Shown here one piece after another: positions 46,698 to 57,487 of a stretch of 64,000 nt of DNA. The translations under genes were made by a program, and so were the position numbers. Position 1 is the stretch's first letter; each line of letters starts with the position of its first letter. Under the pieces are notes generated by a model that did not search any database, had not been told where the DNA came from, and was given only the letters and a program-made list of their open reading frames with translations. Where the stretch lies: positions 672,001 to 736,000 of the forward strand of contig CBDCTJ010000007.1 of the NCBI GenBank assembly GCA_965222115.1. The letters run 5' to 3'. This DNA comes from Planctomycetota bacterium. Its GTDB lineage: Bacteria; Planctomycetota; PLA2; JAEUHO01.

Positions 46698-47900
46698 TCA
46701 CTTGCTCGATTGGATGGGTAGTTCCTGAGCGTTCTTCCACGGAACCTGGGGCCACCAACGCTCGATCGGTAGCGGTCGTTCCGACTCAATGCTCTCTCCG
46801 GGGCGTGGCGTGGCGATGCGTATGCCAGCGGCTTTCGCGGCGACCAGCGAACGCTCGATGGGCGCCGTCCAGCCATGCGGCGCAAGATTGAAGAGCGCCC
46901 AGTGCACCGGCAGGTACACGTTGCCTCGAAGCATTTGATGAGCCGCCACCGCTTGTTCCGGCCCCATATGGACGTCGGCCCATGCACTGGAATAGGCACC
47001 GGCATCGAGCATGGTGATGTCGAAGGGGCCGAGCCGTTCGCCGATGGTCTTGAAGCCCGGAAACATGGAGGTGTCGCCCGAAAAGAACGCGCGGCGCGTG
47101 GGTCCCACAAGGGCGTAGCCGCACCATAGTGTTTCCCCGCGATCAAACACACCGCGCCCCGAGAAGTGCCGCGCAGGTGTGCATGTGAGGGTGATGTCGC
47201 CAAACGCGTGGGTGTCCCACCAATCCAGGGCAAGGATCTTCTCCTTCGCCACGCCCCAGTACTCAAGGTGCGAACCTACGCCTAGCGGAACCACAAACAA
47301 TGTGTCCCATGATTTGATGCGTTTGATCGTTGGATAGTCAAGGTGATCATAGTGGTCGTGCGAGATCAATACGGCATCGACATCGGGCAGATCGTCGAGT
47401 GCCAACACTGGTGCGTACCAACGTTTGGGTCCAATCCACGGCAGTGGCGAGGCGCGATCGCCCCACACCGGATCCGTAAGAAAGCGCTTGCCATCGATCT
47501 CAATCAACAACGTCGAGTGCCCAAGCCACGTCACGCGCAGCCCTGAAGGTGGCGGCGTAGCAAACATCGTCGGATCGACGGCCCGCGCATCGACGGCGTG
47601 CTTGGGCGTTACATGCTCGGGATTGTCGAAGACCGCCGTTGTAAACGCCTTCCAAAGGCTCATGCGCATGGGCACGGGGTTCTTAAACTCGCCATCGTCC
47701 CAGTTGGGAGAGCGTTGCATACGCGCTAGGCGTTCGCCGGAGGGACGCTTTCCCAGCGGTACCCACATTTGAATCGTGACGAAAATAGAGAACAGCGCAA
47801 GAAACACGAGCAAACCAAGTGCAATGCGACGTAGGCGACGTCGAGGGGGTCGCGTCGTGGGCTTGACGCGAGCATCCGAACGGGTCTCTTTGTCATTCAT
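46698..47900 (-). CDS. MBL-fold metallo-hydrolase (RomA/NAPE-PLD-like)
   Basis: TWLGHST, ISHDHYDHLD, PARHFSGR, FSGDT and PVHW motifs. Confidence 0.9.
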   Translation of the reverse strand: MNDKETRSDARVKPTTRPPRRRLRRIALGLLVFLALFSIFVTIQMWVPLGKRPSGERLARMQRSPNWDDGEFKNPVPMRMSLWKAFTTAVFDNPEHVTPKHAVDARAVDPTMFATPPPSGLRVTWLGHSTLLIEIDGKRFLTDPVWGDRASPLPWIGPKRWYAPVLALDDLPDVDAVLISHDHYDHLDYPTIKRIKSWDTLFVVPLGVGSHLEYWGVAKEKILALDWWDTHAFGDITLTCTPARHFSGRGVFDRGETLWCGYALVGPTRRAFFSGDTSMFPGFKTIGERLGPFDITMLDAGAYSSAWADVHMGPEQAVAAHQMLRGNVYLPVHWALFNLAPHGWTAPIERSLVAAKAAGIRIATPRPGESIESERPLPIERWWPQVPWKNAQELPIQSSK

Positions 47901-47989
47901 ACGAATCCGCGAAGTCTACGAGCAGACAGTGGGCCTCTTTCTGAGTTACGCGCCGCGAAACTGTCCCCACCCACATGGATGCTGAAGCG

Positions 47990-48526
47990 ATGCGCATCAC
48001 CGTCTTGCTCGTCTGTTTTCTACTCGTGCCCACAGCGCTCAGCGCCAAGGACGATACACCTGTGGCGTCGTTTCCGTCGAAACTCCTTGGCACGTGGAAG
48101 GGCCCCGCCACCGTGAAGCGCCCGGGTCAAGCCGATATGTCGTTTCCCATGGAACTTCATGTGGAACCGATCGAAGGCAGAGATTCCTGGACGTGGAAGG
48201 TGATTTACGGCGAAGGTGAGAAGCGCCAGGTGCGTCCCTACGAACTCCTCGCCACAAAGGACGATCCCCACCACTTTCAGATCGACGAGAAGAACAGCAT
48301 CGTCATCGACGCCTACCACATCGACGGTCGCCTCTACTCGCGCTTCTGGGTTGCCGACAACATGATTGACGCTACCTACGAACGCAGCGGCGACAATCTC
48401 ATTTGCACGCTCGTCACCTACGGTGCCAAACCAGTCGTCATGACCGGTGGCAAGGGTCGTGTCCCTCGTGTGGCAAGCTACGAGTTGCGCGCGGTGCAGC
48501 GGGCGGTGTTGAAGAAGTCGCGTTGA
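47990..48526 (+). CDS. Secreted hypothetical protein (possible beta-barrel)
   Basis: Signal peptide; LLGTWKG...RPYEL...IDEKNSIVID. Confidence 0.7.
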   Translation: MRITVLLVCFLLVPTALSAKDDTPVASFPSKLLGTWKGPATVKRPGQADMSFPMELHVEPIEGRDSWTWKVIYGEGEKRQVRPYELLATKDDPHHFQIDEKNSIVIDAYHIDGRLYSRFWVADNMIDATYERSGDNLICTLVTYGAKPVVMTGGKGRVPRVASYELRAVQRAVLKKSR

Positions 48527-48529
48527 CGA

Positions 48530-48553
48530 GCGCTGGCGCGACGGTGCCAGCGC
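48530..48553. terminator. Hairpin between convergent genes
   Basis: GCGCTGGCGC-GACG-GTGCCAGCGC. Confidence 0.55.
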
Positions 48554-51500
48554 TACTTATCAACTTTCAGAGACGTTAGCTGCATATGGGCCTGATCCGC
48601 TCGATAGATCGTGTTATACATCAAGTCGTTTCGCTTTCGAATACCGCTGACGCGATCGCGCAGCTTAGCAACCAAGGATCGATATTTATGCGGATCCCTG
48701 AGGACAATGTCACACTGCGCGAGCACGGCAAGTGGTTCTGATGGGTCAAATACCGGTTGACGTGCAATCCATGTGCGGTGCTCATCAATTTGGCGCTGTG
48801 CGGGTTTCGATTGCTCGAACGAGCCACGCGTGCGGATTGTCTCAAGTTCACTTATGATTCGGGCGCGAATAACCGCTTGGTGCGCAGGATTCGAGGTTTG
48901 AGCGAGTAACGCGAGTAGTCTCTTGACAATCTGCTGGGACTCCCAAATTAGGCCGGGCACGCTGTAAGTGAAGTATCTAGCCTCAGCAACGATGTCGGCG
49001 ACTTTCATATCTATCTTCCATCCAATACACTCCGGGTGCATTGAATGACGCTTGACGATGCCCGATAGTGCTCCCCTTTGTTTAGAGGCCTTTCCGAACA
49101 CCTTGTGGAGCAACGCGCTTGCGGTATGGTAGCTTATGTCAGCTACTTCACTCCTTCGTTCGTGCTGAGGAGTCTTTTCAAGTTGCCTCATTAGATCTTC
49201 ATACTTCTTATGTTTCCATAAGTGGCCGTATAGCTTCCTTTCGCCGGCTATGTTGGTCGGATTGGGTGAGATTGAGCGCTCGTCTTTTGCATACTGAGTC
49301 CATAGTTTGTTGGCAAGTCGCATAAAAGACAAAAGTTCATCTGCGCTATTCGGGGCATCTCGATGCGTGAGGTATGCGCCATCGGGTGCAAGTGCGTAGA
49401 TTTGCGAGAATCCTTGATTTGAAAGTCGCAAATGCAGGAGTCTGCCCTCTTCCGTGGCATCTAGCCCGCCGAGTATCCTAACTGCCACGAACTTGTCGCC
49501 GAATCCTCTCATTTTTAGATCGCAGAACACACGGTCCCGCATGAAGAGTCAGGTTGGTCATGGCGGGTTGTATCTACTCACGACGACAAGTGCGATTTGT
49601 TTCGATTCCTTCGCCTTCTTCATTCCCAATCGAAGCGTAGGCTCAAATCTCACCAATGACGTCTTCGCTGTTCGCCCTTGGCGCACCCGAAAATCGCTTC
49701 GAGGCAACTTCCGCGACAATCGTGAGGGCGCTATACGACTCTCGATGGGGGGCAGAAAGTTGTTACCTTTGTTTGCCCCGACATAGTCGCGGGCGCGGCT
49801 TACGAGATCGCCCACATCTACGGACCATATGCGAACGGTATCAGAGAGCGCGATGACCTGCTTGGAACCGTTCGCAAAGCTTGCAGTGCGAAGGTACTTA
49901 TCGTGCCCATCTAGCGTGTCGATGAGATCGCCGGTCGTTCTAGCCCAGAGTCGTACCTTGCCGTCGTGGCAGGCGGTAATGAATCGATTTGATGAAGATG
50001 AAAACTCCGCTGCGACCACCAAGCTTGGATGCGATTTCCGAAGCACTTCAGCGCCAGTACTTGCGTCCCAAACTCTCGCCGTCTTGTCCATGCCCGCAGT
50101 AATCACCCACTTCTTGTCACGCGAAAGTGCAATATCCGAGACACGATTTTCATGACCGATGAGATAGTGTCTTGTCTTCTCGTTGAATGTCTCAATGATA
50201 GAGGCTGTAAAGTCCTCCGAAGCAGCAGCTATTAGTGATCCGTCTGGCGCTAGCGAGATCGCGTGTATGTGTCTCCGGTGCACATTGGCGCGTAAGATCT
50301 CGCGATGTTTGTTGTCATTCTTCTGAATCGAGCAGGCGACGACATCCCCATGTGAGTTTCCAAGCACGAGCACGTTCCCATCATCGGAAAATGCTTCACA
50401 CGTAATGTACCCACTCATCTTGAACGCATGCGATTCGCTACTGTAGTCTTTGCAGGACAGTAGCGTAGCTGTGTTGTCGTGTCCGATACGCAATAGCCAC
50501 CTACCGTCAGGCGAGAATCGGGTTCGATACGATTGACTCTTGGATACTCGGCTCCACAGGTTCCTGCCCGTAGACGTGTCCCGAATCTGAATAATCTGGT
50601 TGTCAACTTGCCCGGCCCCCTTCTCCTGCGCTGATGAGTGGGCCGGAACAACTGACAACACGGCGATAGTCTTTCCGTCGGGTGAGAGCGAGCAATGGTC
50701 AATCCTGCCCTTGATATCGGATAGCTGGCCCACTTCGCGGCCACTGTGCGTGTTCCGAATCGTCACCCTTGATCCAAACGGGGCTGTTGCGTTTGAACTC
50801 CAAATCGCGCAAATCGTGCCGTCCTGGGAAGTGGCCACACTCGAGACGGATCGAGGATGGTGAGAGAGTTCATGTTGCTGACTCGGGTCGAAAAATCGCC
50901 AAAGACGGGCGATTCGATCTTCGCTCGCGGTCACAATCTCGGGTCGAGAATGCGCGAACGCAACGCTGCGTACACGGTCACGGTGGCCTTCAAACGTATG
51001 AACGAGAGTGCCATGCTCTGTGTCCCAGAGTTTCACGGTGTGATCACTGGACCCAGTCGCTAGTGTTCCGCTGTCATACGAAAAGGCTGCGGAATCAACG
51101 CTCCCGCGATGTCCGGCCAAGCGATGCAGGAGGTCTCCGGAGGTGGCACTCCAGATGTGGACGTCGCCATTCTCTGAAGTTGTGCATACAAACGTGCCAT
51201 TTGGCGAGAAGCCCGCCCACGTCATGGGCGAATGACTATCGGGCACCTTGAGGGAGTGGACTTCGTCACCGGTAACGACGTTCCAAATGCGGGCGGATCC
51301 ATCGTTCGAAGACGTAACGGTGAGCGTTCCATCGCGAGAAAATGATGCGCACGTCAGTGACGCAGAATGGTCGTCTAGGACATGACGCTCTAGAAAGCCG
51401 TCGGTAGACCAAATTCTCGCCGTGCCGTCCCAGGATGCAGTGATTACATGTTTGCCGTTCGCCGAACACGCTACATGAACCACGTCTTTCTCATGCCCCG

Positions 51501-54405
51501 TCATTTTCGTGGCGACTTGTCCTCGCGTGACGTCCCACGCAAGTACATCGCCTCCCGCGCCAACGATCACAAGCGATTCGCCATCTGGTGTAAACGCAGC
51601 GTGAAGTGCCGGTCCTGAGGGTAGCGAGGCCTTTGAGATAATCGCAAGTGTCCTTGCGTTCCAGACGCGAAACGAGCCGTCGCTACAACAAGTGGCAATG
51701 CGATCGCCCGTAGGGCAAAAGCCCGCAAACGTAACGGGCACGCCCCTGTGATCCAGCACGCCGAGCACAGCTCCGTTTCTAGCAAGAGAAATCGTCGCGT
51801 TGCCGTCGTCAGACGCAGTGACCACATGGCGATCGTCGGGAGAAAACTCCGCATGATTTACAAAGCCTTGATGATGTTTGAGTGGCTGCGCGCACTCCAA
51901 CCGATGTAGGGCAAGCCGCAGTGCGACTTCAGCTTCGAGGCTAGGCTTCTTTTCCCTAGCTATCCCTATCGCTACGGCCTTTAGCCCGTCAGCGACGGCT
52001 TCCCGACTCCCGCCTTGTGATTCAAGCGCCTTAGACTTCGCTTTCTGAGCTAAGTGGAGCGCGTCTGCGCGCGCCTTCTCACGCTCCGCATCCCGTTTGG
52101 CCAACCTCTCCCTCGCGCTAGCTTGAGTCGCCTTTTCTCTCTCATTTTCGGCGATTGCTTTGGCCGATTCGGCCTCATCCCGTTGTTTCAGCGCTTCTTC
52201 GGTACTGGCAATGGCCTTTCGTTTCTCGGATTCAGCTTCACCGCGTGCCCGCTCAGCCGATTTCCTAAGCCCTTCCTCTTTAGACGCATATTGGTTCGCT
52301 ACCCGCTCTGACCGCTTCGCTCGTTTCTCTGAGTCTCTCGCCTTTTGGTAGAGCAACAGCACCGCCCCCAACGCAATCACTGCGGCAACAACCGACGCGC
52401 CAAGCACTTTGATGCGTGTGGCACGTGCCCGAACTCTTTGTTCCGCTTCTTCGCGAAGTCGGGCTTCTTCCTTGCGGCGGGACTCCGCTTCGCGTTCGCG
52501 CTGTTGAGCTTCACGTTGTCGTAACTCTGCGTCGCGACGCTTCTGTTCGGCCTCGCGCCGTCGTTGCTCGGAGGCGAGATGGAGTTCTTCGCGCTGCGCT
52601 TGCTCTTGTTGTTCGGCATCTCGACGCGCAACGGATGCTTGGATGAACTTGATTTCTGAAAGATTGAGCTCAACGTCTTCGCTTGCGATGAGGGCTTCGG
52701 CCTCGGCGAGAGGAAGTCCTGAGGGCAAGAGATAATCTTCATGCCGATGCTGTTCGTGCCACTGAATGCAGTCCGCCTCAACGCTCTCGCGCGTCCGGAG
52801 AAGCTTGCGGTTGTCGTCAAGCCAGTCTGCGAGTTGAGCCCACGAACGAAAGAGCGCTTCGTGCGTGACTTCAAGTGTTCGTTGTGTCCCCTCGCCATCG
52901 CTTACGAGTAGGCGGTCCTCTACGAATCGGTGCAGCCAAGGATGCGCAGCTTGTTCGAAGTTGTCCCATGACTCGATGCGTCGCGTAAACGTTCCATCGG
53001 CGCCTGTTCGTACGAGGCGCAAAAATGCGCGGCGGAGAACACTGAACTCAAGCGAGCCCTGCGGAATGTCGGACACAATCCGAGACGCGGCACTCTCGAT
53101 CGCGCCTTCCATTCCACCAACGCGATCTGTGTAGGCAGCGAGTCGAAGCTGCGTTTCACCATCGCATTGAATGCACTCGTCCCATAGCTTTCGCAGCGCG
53201 AAGGCGAGCAACGGAAGTGCGTGTTTTGCGCTGGCGTCCCGGGCAAGAGCGTCCACAAGTGCAGGTTCCATATCAACGCCGGCCAGTTCCGCGGGCCCCG
53301 CAATGACACGTCGCAGGCTTTCAGGGGCAATGGGTCCCAATGAGAGTTGTTCGCACTCGGCAATGTGCGCAAGCGCCGGGTCGTTCTGAAACTCTCCTAA
53401 GTGATCCGAGCGCAACGTAACGAGTACGCGCCATCCTTCCATCTGCGCCAGTTCACCGAGCAGGTGCAACTGATGTTCGTCTTTTCCGCGGTTCTCGGCG
53501 TGCAGGAGTTCTTCGGCTTGGTCAATCGTAACCAAGACGCGCGCTTGTTGATTGTCTCGTGCGCGCCGCATGCGATCGGCGAATCCACGTAGCACGTCAC
53601 GCGTTGTAACGGACGAGGTATCTCCGAACTCAATCGCGTTTCGAAGTTTCGTTTCCTCGCGCCCGGTATCGAGTCCGTCGCCGGATTTGGCGAGTACATC
53701 TTCGATGGCCTCTACGAAGTTCCCCACCAAACCACCGTGGGGCCGAATGGGCCGCAAGACAATCCAGTGATCTGCATCTTCCTTGAGGCGCGGAAGCAGG
53801 CCCGCACGCACCAACGACGACTTACCCGATCCTGAAGCACCAAGGACGAGCAAGAGTCGTGAAGAACCCAGTTGGCGCATGCGCGTGAGCGCGTCGAGAC
53901 CCGTTCGAATCGACTCGTCGCGACCAAAGAACACTCGCGCATGCTCTTCTTGGTACGCAAGTAGTCCGGGATACGGGGGACGCTGTTTGTTCCATGCCTT
54001 CTCCCTGCCGCGGGAGATGCCAAGTCGATTGAACGAGTTCCATAGGCGGTCGTAGGCGTTTGGGTCTGTATCCAGTTTGATGGCTTGAAGATCGTGAATC
54101 GGTTCCGCGAGCGCTGCATCATCGATGGACAGCGGTATGAGGTTCTTACCAATCGCCCGCGCTTGCGTAATTTCTGCAAAACACCACTTCGACGATGTGG
54201 AGTTCTTGCTATTTATGAATAGCACGACGTCACAAGCTCTGATGCGTTGATACAGCTCGCGCTGCCAATTGACGCCCGCGGGGATACCGTCGCTAGGATG
54301 GAAATCCAGGAAGAGTGAGTCATATCCTTGGGCGGTGAGTCGCTGACGAAGGTCCTTCGCCGCAGCATTGTCTTTGCTGCTGTGACTAATGAATATCTGC
54401 CCCAC
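48553..54405 (-). CDS. TIR - nSTAND1 NTPase - TM - WD40 - thioredoxin(UxxU) - helical protein; probable selenoprotein of ~1950 aa (split by the ORF track into 49558-54720 and 48553-49542)
   Basis: TIR IFISHSSKD...WCFAE; PYPGL...FFGR, Walker A GASGSGKSS, IDQAEE; TM; many WD40 repeats; in-frame TGA-CCA-ACC-TGA inside a thioredoxin-like domain. GTG start at 54405 inferred from the TIR boundary. Confidence refers to the read-through; the domain calls are stronger. Confidence 0.75.
49522..49540 (-). other. Candidate bacterial SECIS hairpin
   Basis: Minus-strand GCGGGAC-CGUGU-GUUCUGC 7-bp stem (two G-U pairs); 15 nt separate the second UGA from the loop and 24 nt the first; G at loop position 2. 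Confidence 0.55.
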
Positions 54406-54597
54406 GCTGCGTGCTTCTCTCTGCCTATCCGTGCGATGAAATCCCGTGTGAGAAGGGACGATAGCAAGCAGCAATCGGACGTACGAATCGGTGCGGGACA
54501 GGTATGCTGACAACGGGCTACGGCGTCTAAGCATGGAAGTCATGTTGGGTCGCGTTGAGTGCAGCATGAGACACCGATTCGGAGGTTGATCAACCGC

Positions 54598-55977
54598 ATG
54601 CGCCGCTTCGTCCTGCCCATCCTCTGCGTCGTTGGGATCTTGAGTATTGGGGCATTTGTGACGCACCGCAAAGTGCGTGACGATGAGCTTGAGGCGCTCT
54701 ATCGCGTGTGGAAGTCGCACGGGGAGGCGGGGCGCGGTAATTCTTTGGACGACTTGATTGCCGAGTTGCCGCCACTGAACCTAGACCGGCAGCGGCGCAT
54801 ACGAGAACTGCTTGAGTCGTATCAACAGCTCGAAGATGACGCCTACTGGCACGTGGATGCTGCGCGTTACGTTGACCGAGATACTGCGCGTTCAAACGAG
54901 TCTGCCGCGTGGCACGAACGGCTGCGCCCATTTATGGAACGCTTCTTTGAAATTCTGGAGGAGGACACTTCGTGCCTCTCAAGCGTCGCATGGATCAATG
55001 AACGGCGCGATGAATTGGAGCAAGCGCCCATTGATGAGCCGTGCAAAGGAAGGCCGAAATTGGGCAACGGCATTCACCGCGCAGTTGGCTGGCTCGAGGC
55101 AGAAGTGTTGACGCAAGAGAACCCAACATCATCGCTGCGGCGCATGGATCTCTTGTGGAACTCTCTGAACTATCTAGGTGATGGATCGGATTGGCACTCA
55201 TGGCTTATTGCATCGTATGCTCGTGACTCGTTGTATTGTGTATTGGCGCTGCGTGGTGATCTACCGGAGTCCACACTTTGGCAATGGATTGCCGAGCCCA
55301 GTCAAAGTGCTCGCAACTATGCCGGGTGGTTGCGCTATGAACGCATCGCGCATGTGGGACGATTGTCGCGGCGTGTGCTCAAGGGCGAAGACGTGTCGGA
55401 TTGTTGCGGGCGCCATCTAGGCTTCTTTGCTCGGCTGCGGATGTCGTCACCGCTTGAAGTTGCCCAAGCCCTGGAGTTTGGTCTCGCCGCGGAGGACTAC
55501 CTCCTGGGATCGGCAACCGCCGCACGCGTCCGTGTACTCGGGCAGCGACTCACCCACGCGCGCTATCCGATTTCCATGATGACAAACCTCGAGAGTATGT
55601 CTCACCTCGTCAGTGCGTCGCGGCAGATCGACGCGGCACATCGATCGATCCGCATTGGCACCCTCTTGGCCGTGGCAGCGCAGCGCCGCCGAGAACTGCC
55701 GAACTCCCACGACGACGCGCTGACATGGCTTCCTGAAGCGTTTCGGGATCGCGCCCGTGCTACACCTACGCGCCAGGGGCTGCTCATTGAACGTTTGGAT
55801 GAACAAACATTGCGAGTGCGACCTGATCCCTGGAGCGAAGTCCCCGGGTTCCATCCAAGCGCGAGGCCGCCCTCCGATCCCTTGGCGAACGAGAATCGAC
55901 GGCGGAGACCACGTCCCACGCTCTCGCTCAACCCATTCACGTTTGTCTGTGAGACCTGCACGACCTCCGCAAGGTAG
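54598..55977 (+). CDS. Membrane-anchored hypothetical helical protein
   Basis: GGAGG RBS; N-terminal TM MRRFVLPILCVVGILSIGAFV; long open frame. Confidence 0.65.
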   Translation: MRRFVLPILCVVGILSIGAFVTHRKVRDDELEALYRVWKSHGEAGRGNSLDDLIAELPPLNLDRQRRIRELLESYQQLEDDAYWHVDAARYVDRDTARSNESAAWHERLRPFMERFFEILEEDTSCLSSVAWINERRDELEQAPIDEPCKGRPKLGNGIHRAVGWLEAEVLTQENPTSSLRRMDLLWNSLNYLGDGSDWHSWLIASYARDSLYCVLALRGDLPESTLWQWIAEPSQSARNYAGWLRYERIAHVGRLSRRVLKGEDVSDCCGRHLGFFARLRMSSPLEVAQALEFGLAAEDYLLGSATAARVRVLGQRLTHARYPISMMTNLESMSHLVSASRQIDAAHRSIRIGTLLAVAAQRRRELPNSHDDALTWLPEAFRDRARATPTRQGLLIERLDEQTLRVRPDPWSEVPGFHPSARPPSDPLANENRRRRPRPTLSLNPFTFVCETCTTSAR

Positions 55978-56046
55978 CTGCGAGGTGTGCGTCTAAGATA
56001 GTCAGGTTCGCGCGGGTGTTGCGCGTTGCGCATTTGGAGGACATGG

Positions 56047-57429
56047 ATGCAACCACGTCGATCCGAGGTCGTAACGATTGCGGCGTTTGGCGTGCTCGCG
56101 GCGTGGTTTGTGTTGGCAAGTGCCGTGCAACTTGATGCCAAGGAAGAAGCGCCGGGCCCTACGGTCGAATCCACGCACTACATAGTTCGCTTGGACTTTG
56201 ACGACAAGGCCATGGCGAAGAAGGTCAGCGCCGTGGCCGAATCGGCGTGGAAGCACACACAAGCGTTCACGCAGATGAGCGACGCAATACTCGATCCCAA
56301 ACTCGATGTCTTTGTGTATGAGGCCGTCGCGGGCTATCAAGCGGCCGAAAAGAAACTCACGAAGGGTCGCTTCGCAAAGAGCCTGTTCTTTACGCACCAC
56401 AACACGAAAGCGTGCCATTGCACCCTTGTTCCAGGCGGTGATCGAACCTTGCAATCTGCGCTCGGCGTGTCGGAACACTTCCTGCGCCAATGTGCCCATG
56501 AGGCATCCCATGCGGCAGTCTATGTGTTGTTCAGTAACTACCGCTCCCATCCCGATTGGATGGCCGAAGGCATCGCGACGCATATTGCTGAACGTGTGTC
56601 GAGGGAACGCCGTTGGAGTGCGGACGGATTGAACTCGCCTTTTTACGGCATGCGCATGATCAACTGTCAAACGTTGCGTCGTCGTGGTCTTTTGCCGGAA
56701 CCGCGCGCGATTTTTCAGGAGGAGCTCGATCATCTCTCGACAAACCATCGCTACAGCGTGTGGTGGTCGTTCTTTCGATTCTTGGTCGAGAAACATCCCA
56801 AGGCGCTCCGCAAGATCCTGAAGGGTGCGCGAGGTCTCGGTGGAGGAACGGGCTACACGATGCGGCTTTACGACATCGTTCGAAAGCAGTTTGACGACGA
56901 GGCGCTCGACGCATTGAATCGGTCCTATCGCGACTATGTCGATGCATTTGAACCGGTGTGGAGTGAGCCCCACCGCACATTGGAGGTGCGGGGGAAGCGC
57001 TGGACGCAGATGGCGTATCCCAAGTCCAACGCGATTGCTTGGCAGCGCGCGCAGTTGCCCTCCTCGTGCGCTATCAAGGGGCGCGTGACGATTCCGCCAT
57101 CGGGTAATCCTCAAGCCAATGTGCTGGTGGGTGGCGTCGAAGTGGGTTTTTACTCCATCGCGTTTCGCGTGGGTTCGGGGGTTACGGTCTTTGAGCGCCT
57201 CATCGCGAGAAACAAGTGGAATCGAGCGAAGCACGAGAAGTTCGCGTTTGCCGCCAACAAGCCGATCGACTTCGACATTGAAATTGATGGCGACAAGATC
57301 CATATCGGCGTGAACGGCAAGCAGCGATTTGGTCTCACCGCCACCCGCACGTTGGAAGGCCGATTCGGCGTGGGCGTTCAGGCGCGCGGCGGCGCCACGT
57401 GGGAAAACGTAACGATTCGAACGAAGTAG
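56047..57429 (+). CDS. Secreted zincin (HEXXH) metallopeptidase-like protein with C-terminal beta-sandwich
   Basis: AHEASHA...PDWMAEGIA; C-terminal LEGRFGVG...WENV lectin-like segment. Confidence 0.7.
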   Translation: MQPRRSEVVTIAAFGVLAAWFVLASAVQLDAKEEAPGPTVESTHYIVRLDFDDKAMAKKVSAVAESAWKHTQAFTQMSDAILDPKLDVFVYEAVAGYQAAEKKLTKGRFAKSLFFTHHNTKACHCTLVPGGDRTLQSALGVSEHFLRQCAHEASHAAVYVLFSNYRSHPDWMAEGIATHIAERVSRERRWSADGLNSPFYGMRMINCQTLRRRGLLPEPRAIFQEELDHLSTNHRYSVWWSFFRFLVEKHPKALRKILKGARGLGGGTGYTMRLYDIVRKQFDDEALDALNRSYRDYVDAFEPVWSEPHRTLEVRGKRWTQMAYPKSNAIAWQRAQLPSSCAIKGRVTIPPSGNPQANVLVGGVEVGFYSIAFRVGSGVTVFERLIARNKWNRAKHEKFAFAANKPIDFDIEIDGDKIHIGVNGKQRFGLTATRTLEGRFGVGVQARGGATWENVTIRTK

Positions 57430-57487
57430 CCGTGAGTAGCCCGGGATAGAGCATGACGCCCGTGCACACGGGTGCTATGAGGACGAG

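Noticed and set aside
48553-49542. Stand-alone 329-aa hypothetical gene
   Set aside because: It begins in the middle of a thioredoxin fold, in frame with the upstream ORF; treated as the C-terminus of the read-through protein, although independent translation is not excluded.
49549-49560. UGA reassigned genome-wide (Trp or Gly code) as the explanation for the two in-frame TGAs
   Set aside because: TGA ends many apparently complete genes here (e.g. 9338, 10452, 21897, 22549, 33687, 46698, 48526, 60801), and long ORFs are otherwise free of internal TGA; site-specific recoding fits better.
54406-54720. N-terminal 105 aa of the 1720-aa ORF
   Set aside because: Overlaps the divergent gene at 54598 and precedes the TIR boundary; GTG 54405 is the more plausible start.
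56002-57303. Long antisense ORFs (also 912-1595, 19121-19921, 30589-31461, 39983-40852)
   Set aside because: Shadow frames of well-supported genes on the opposite strand, expected in GC-rich DNA; no recognisable motifs.
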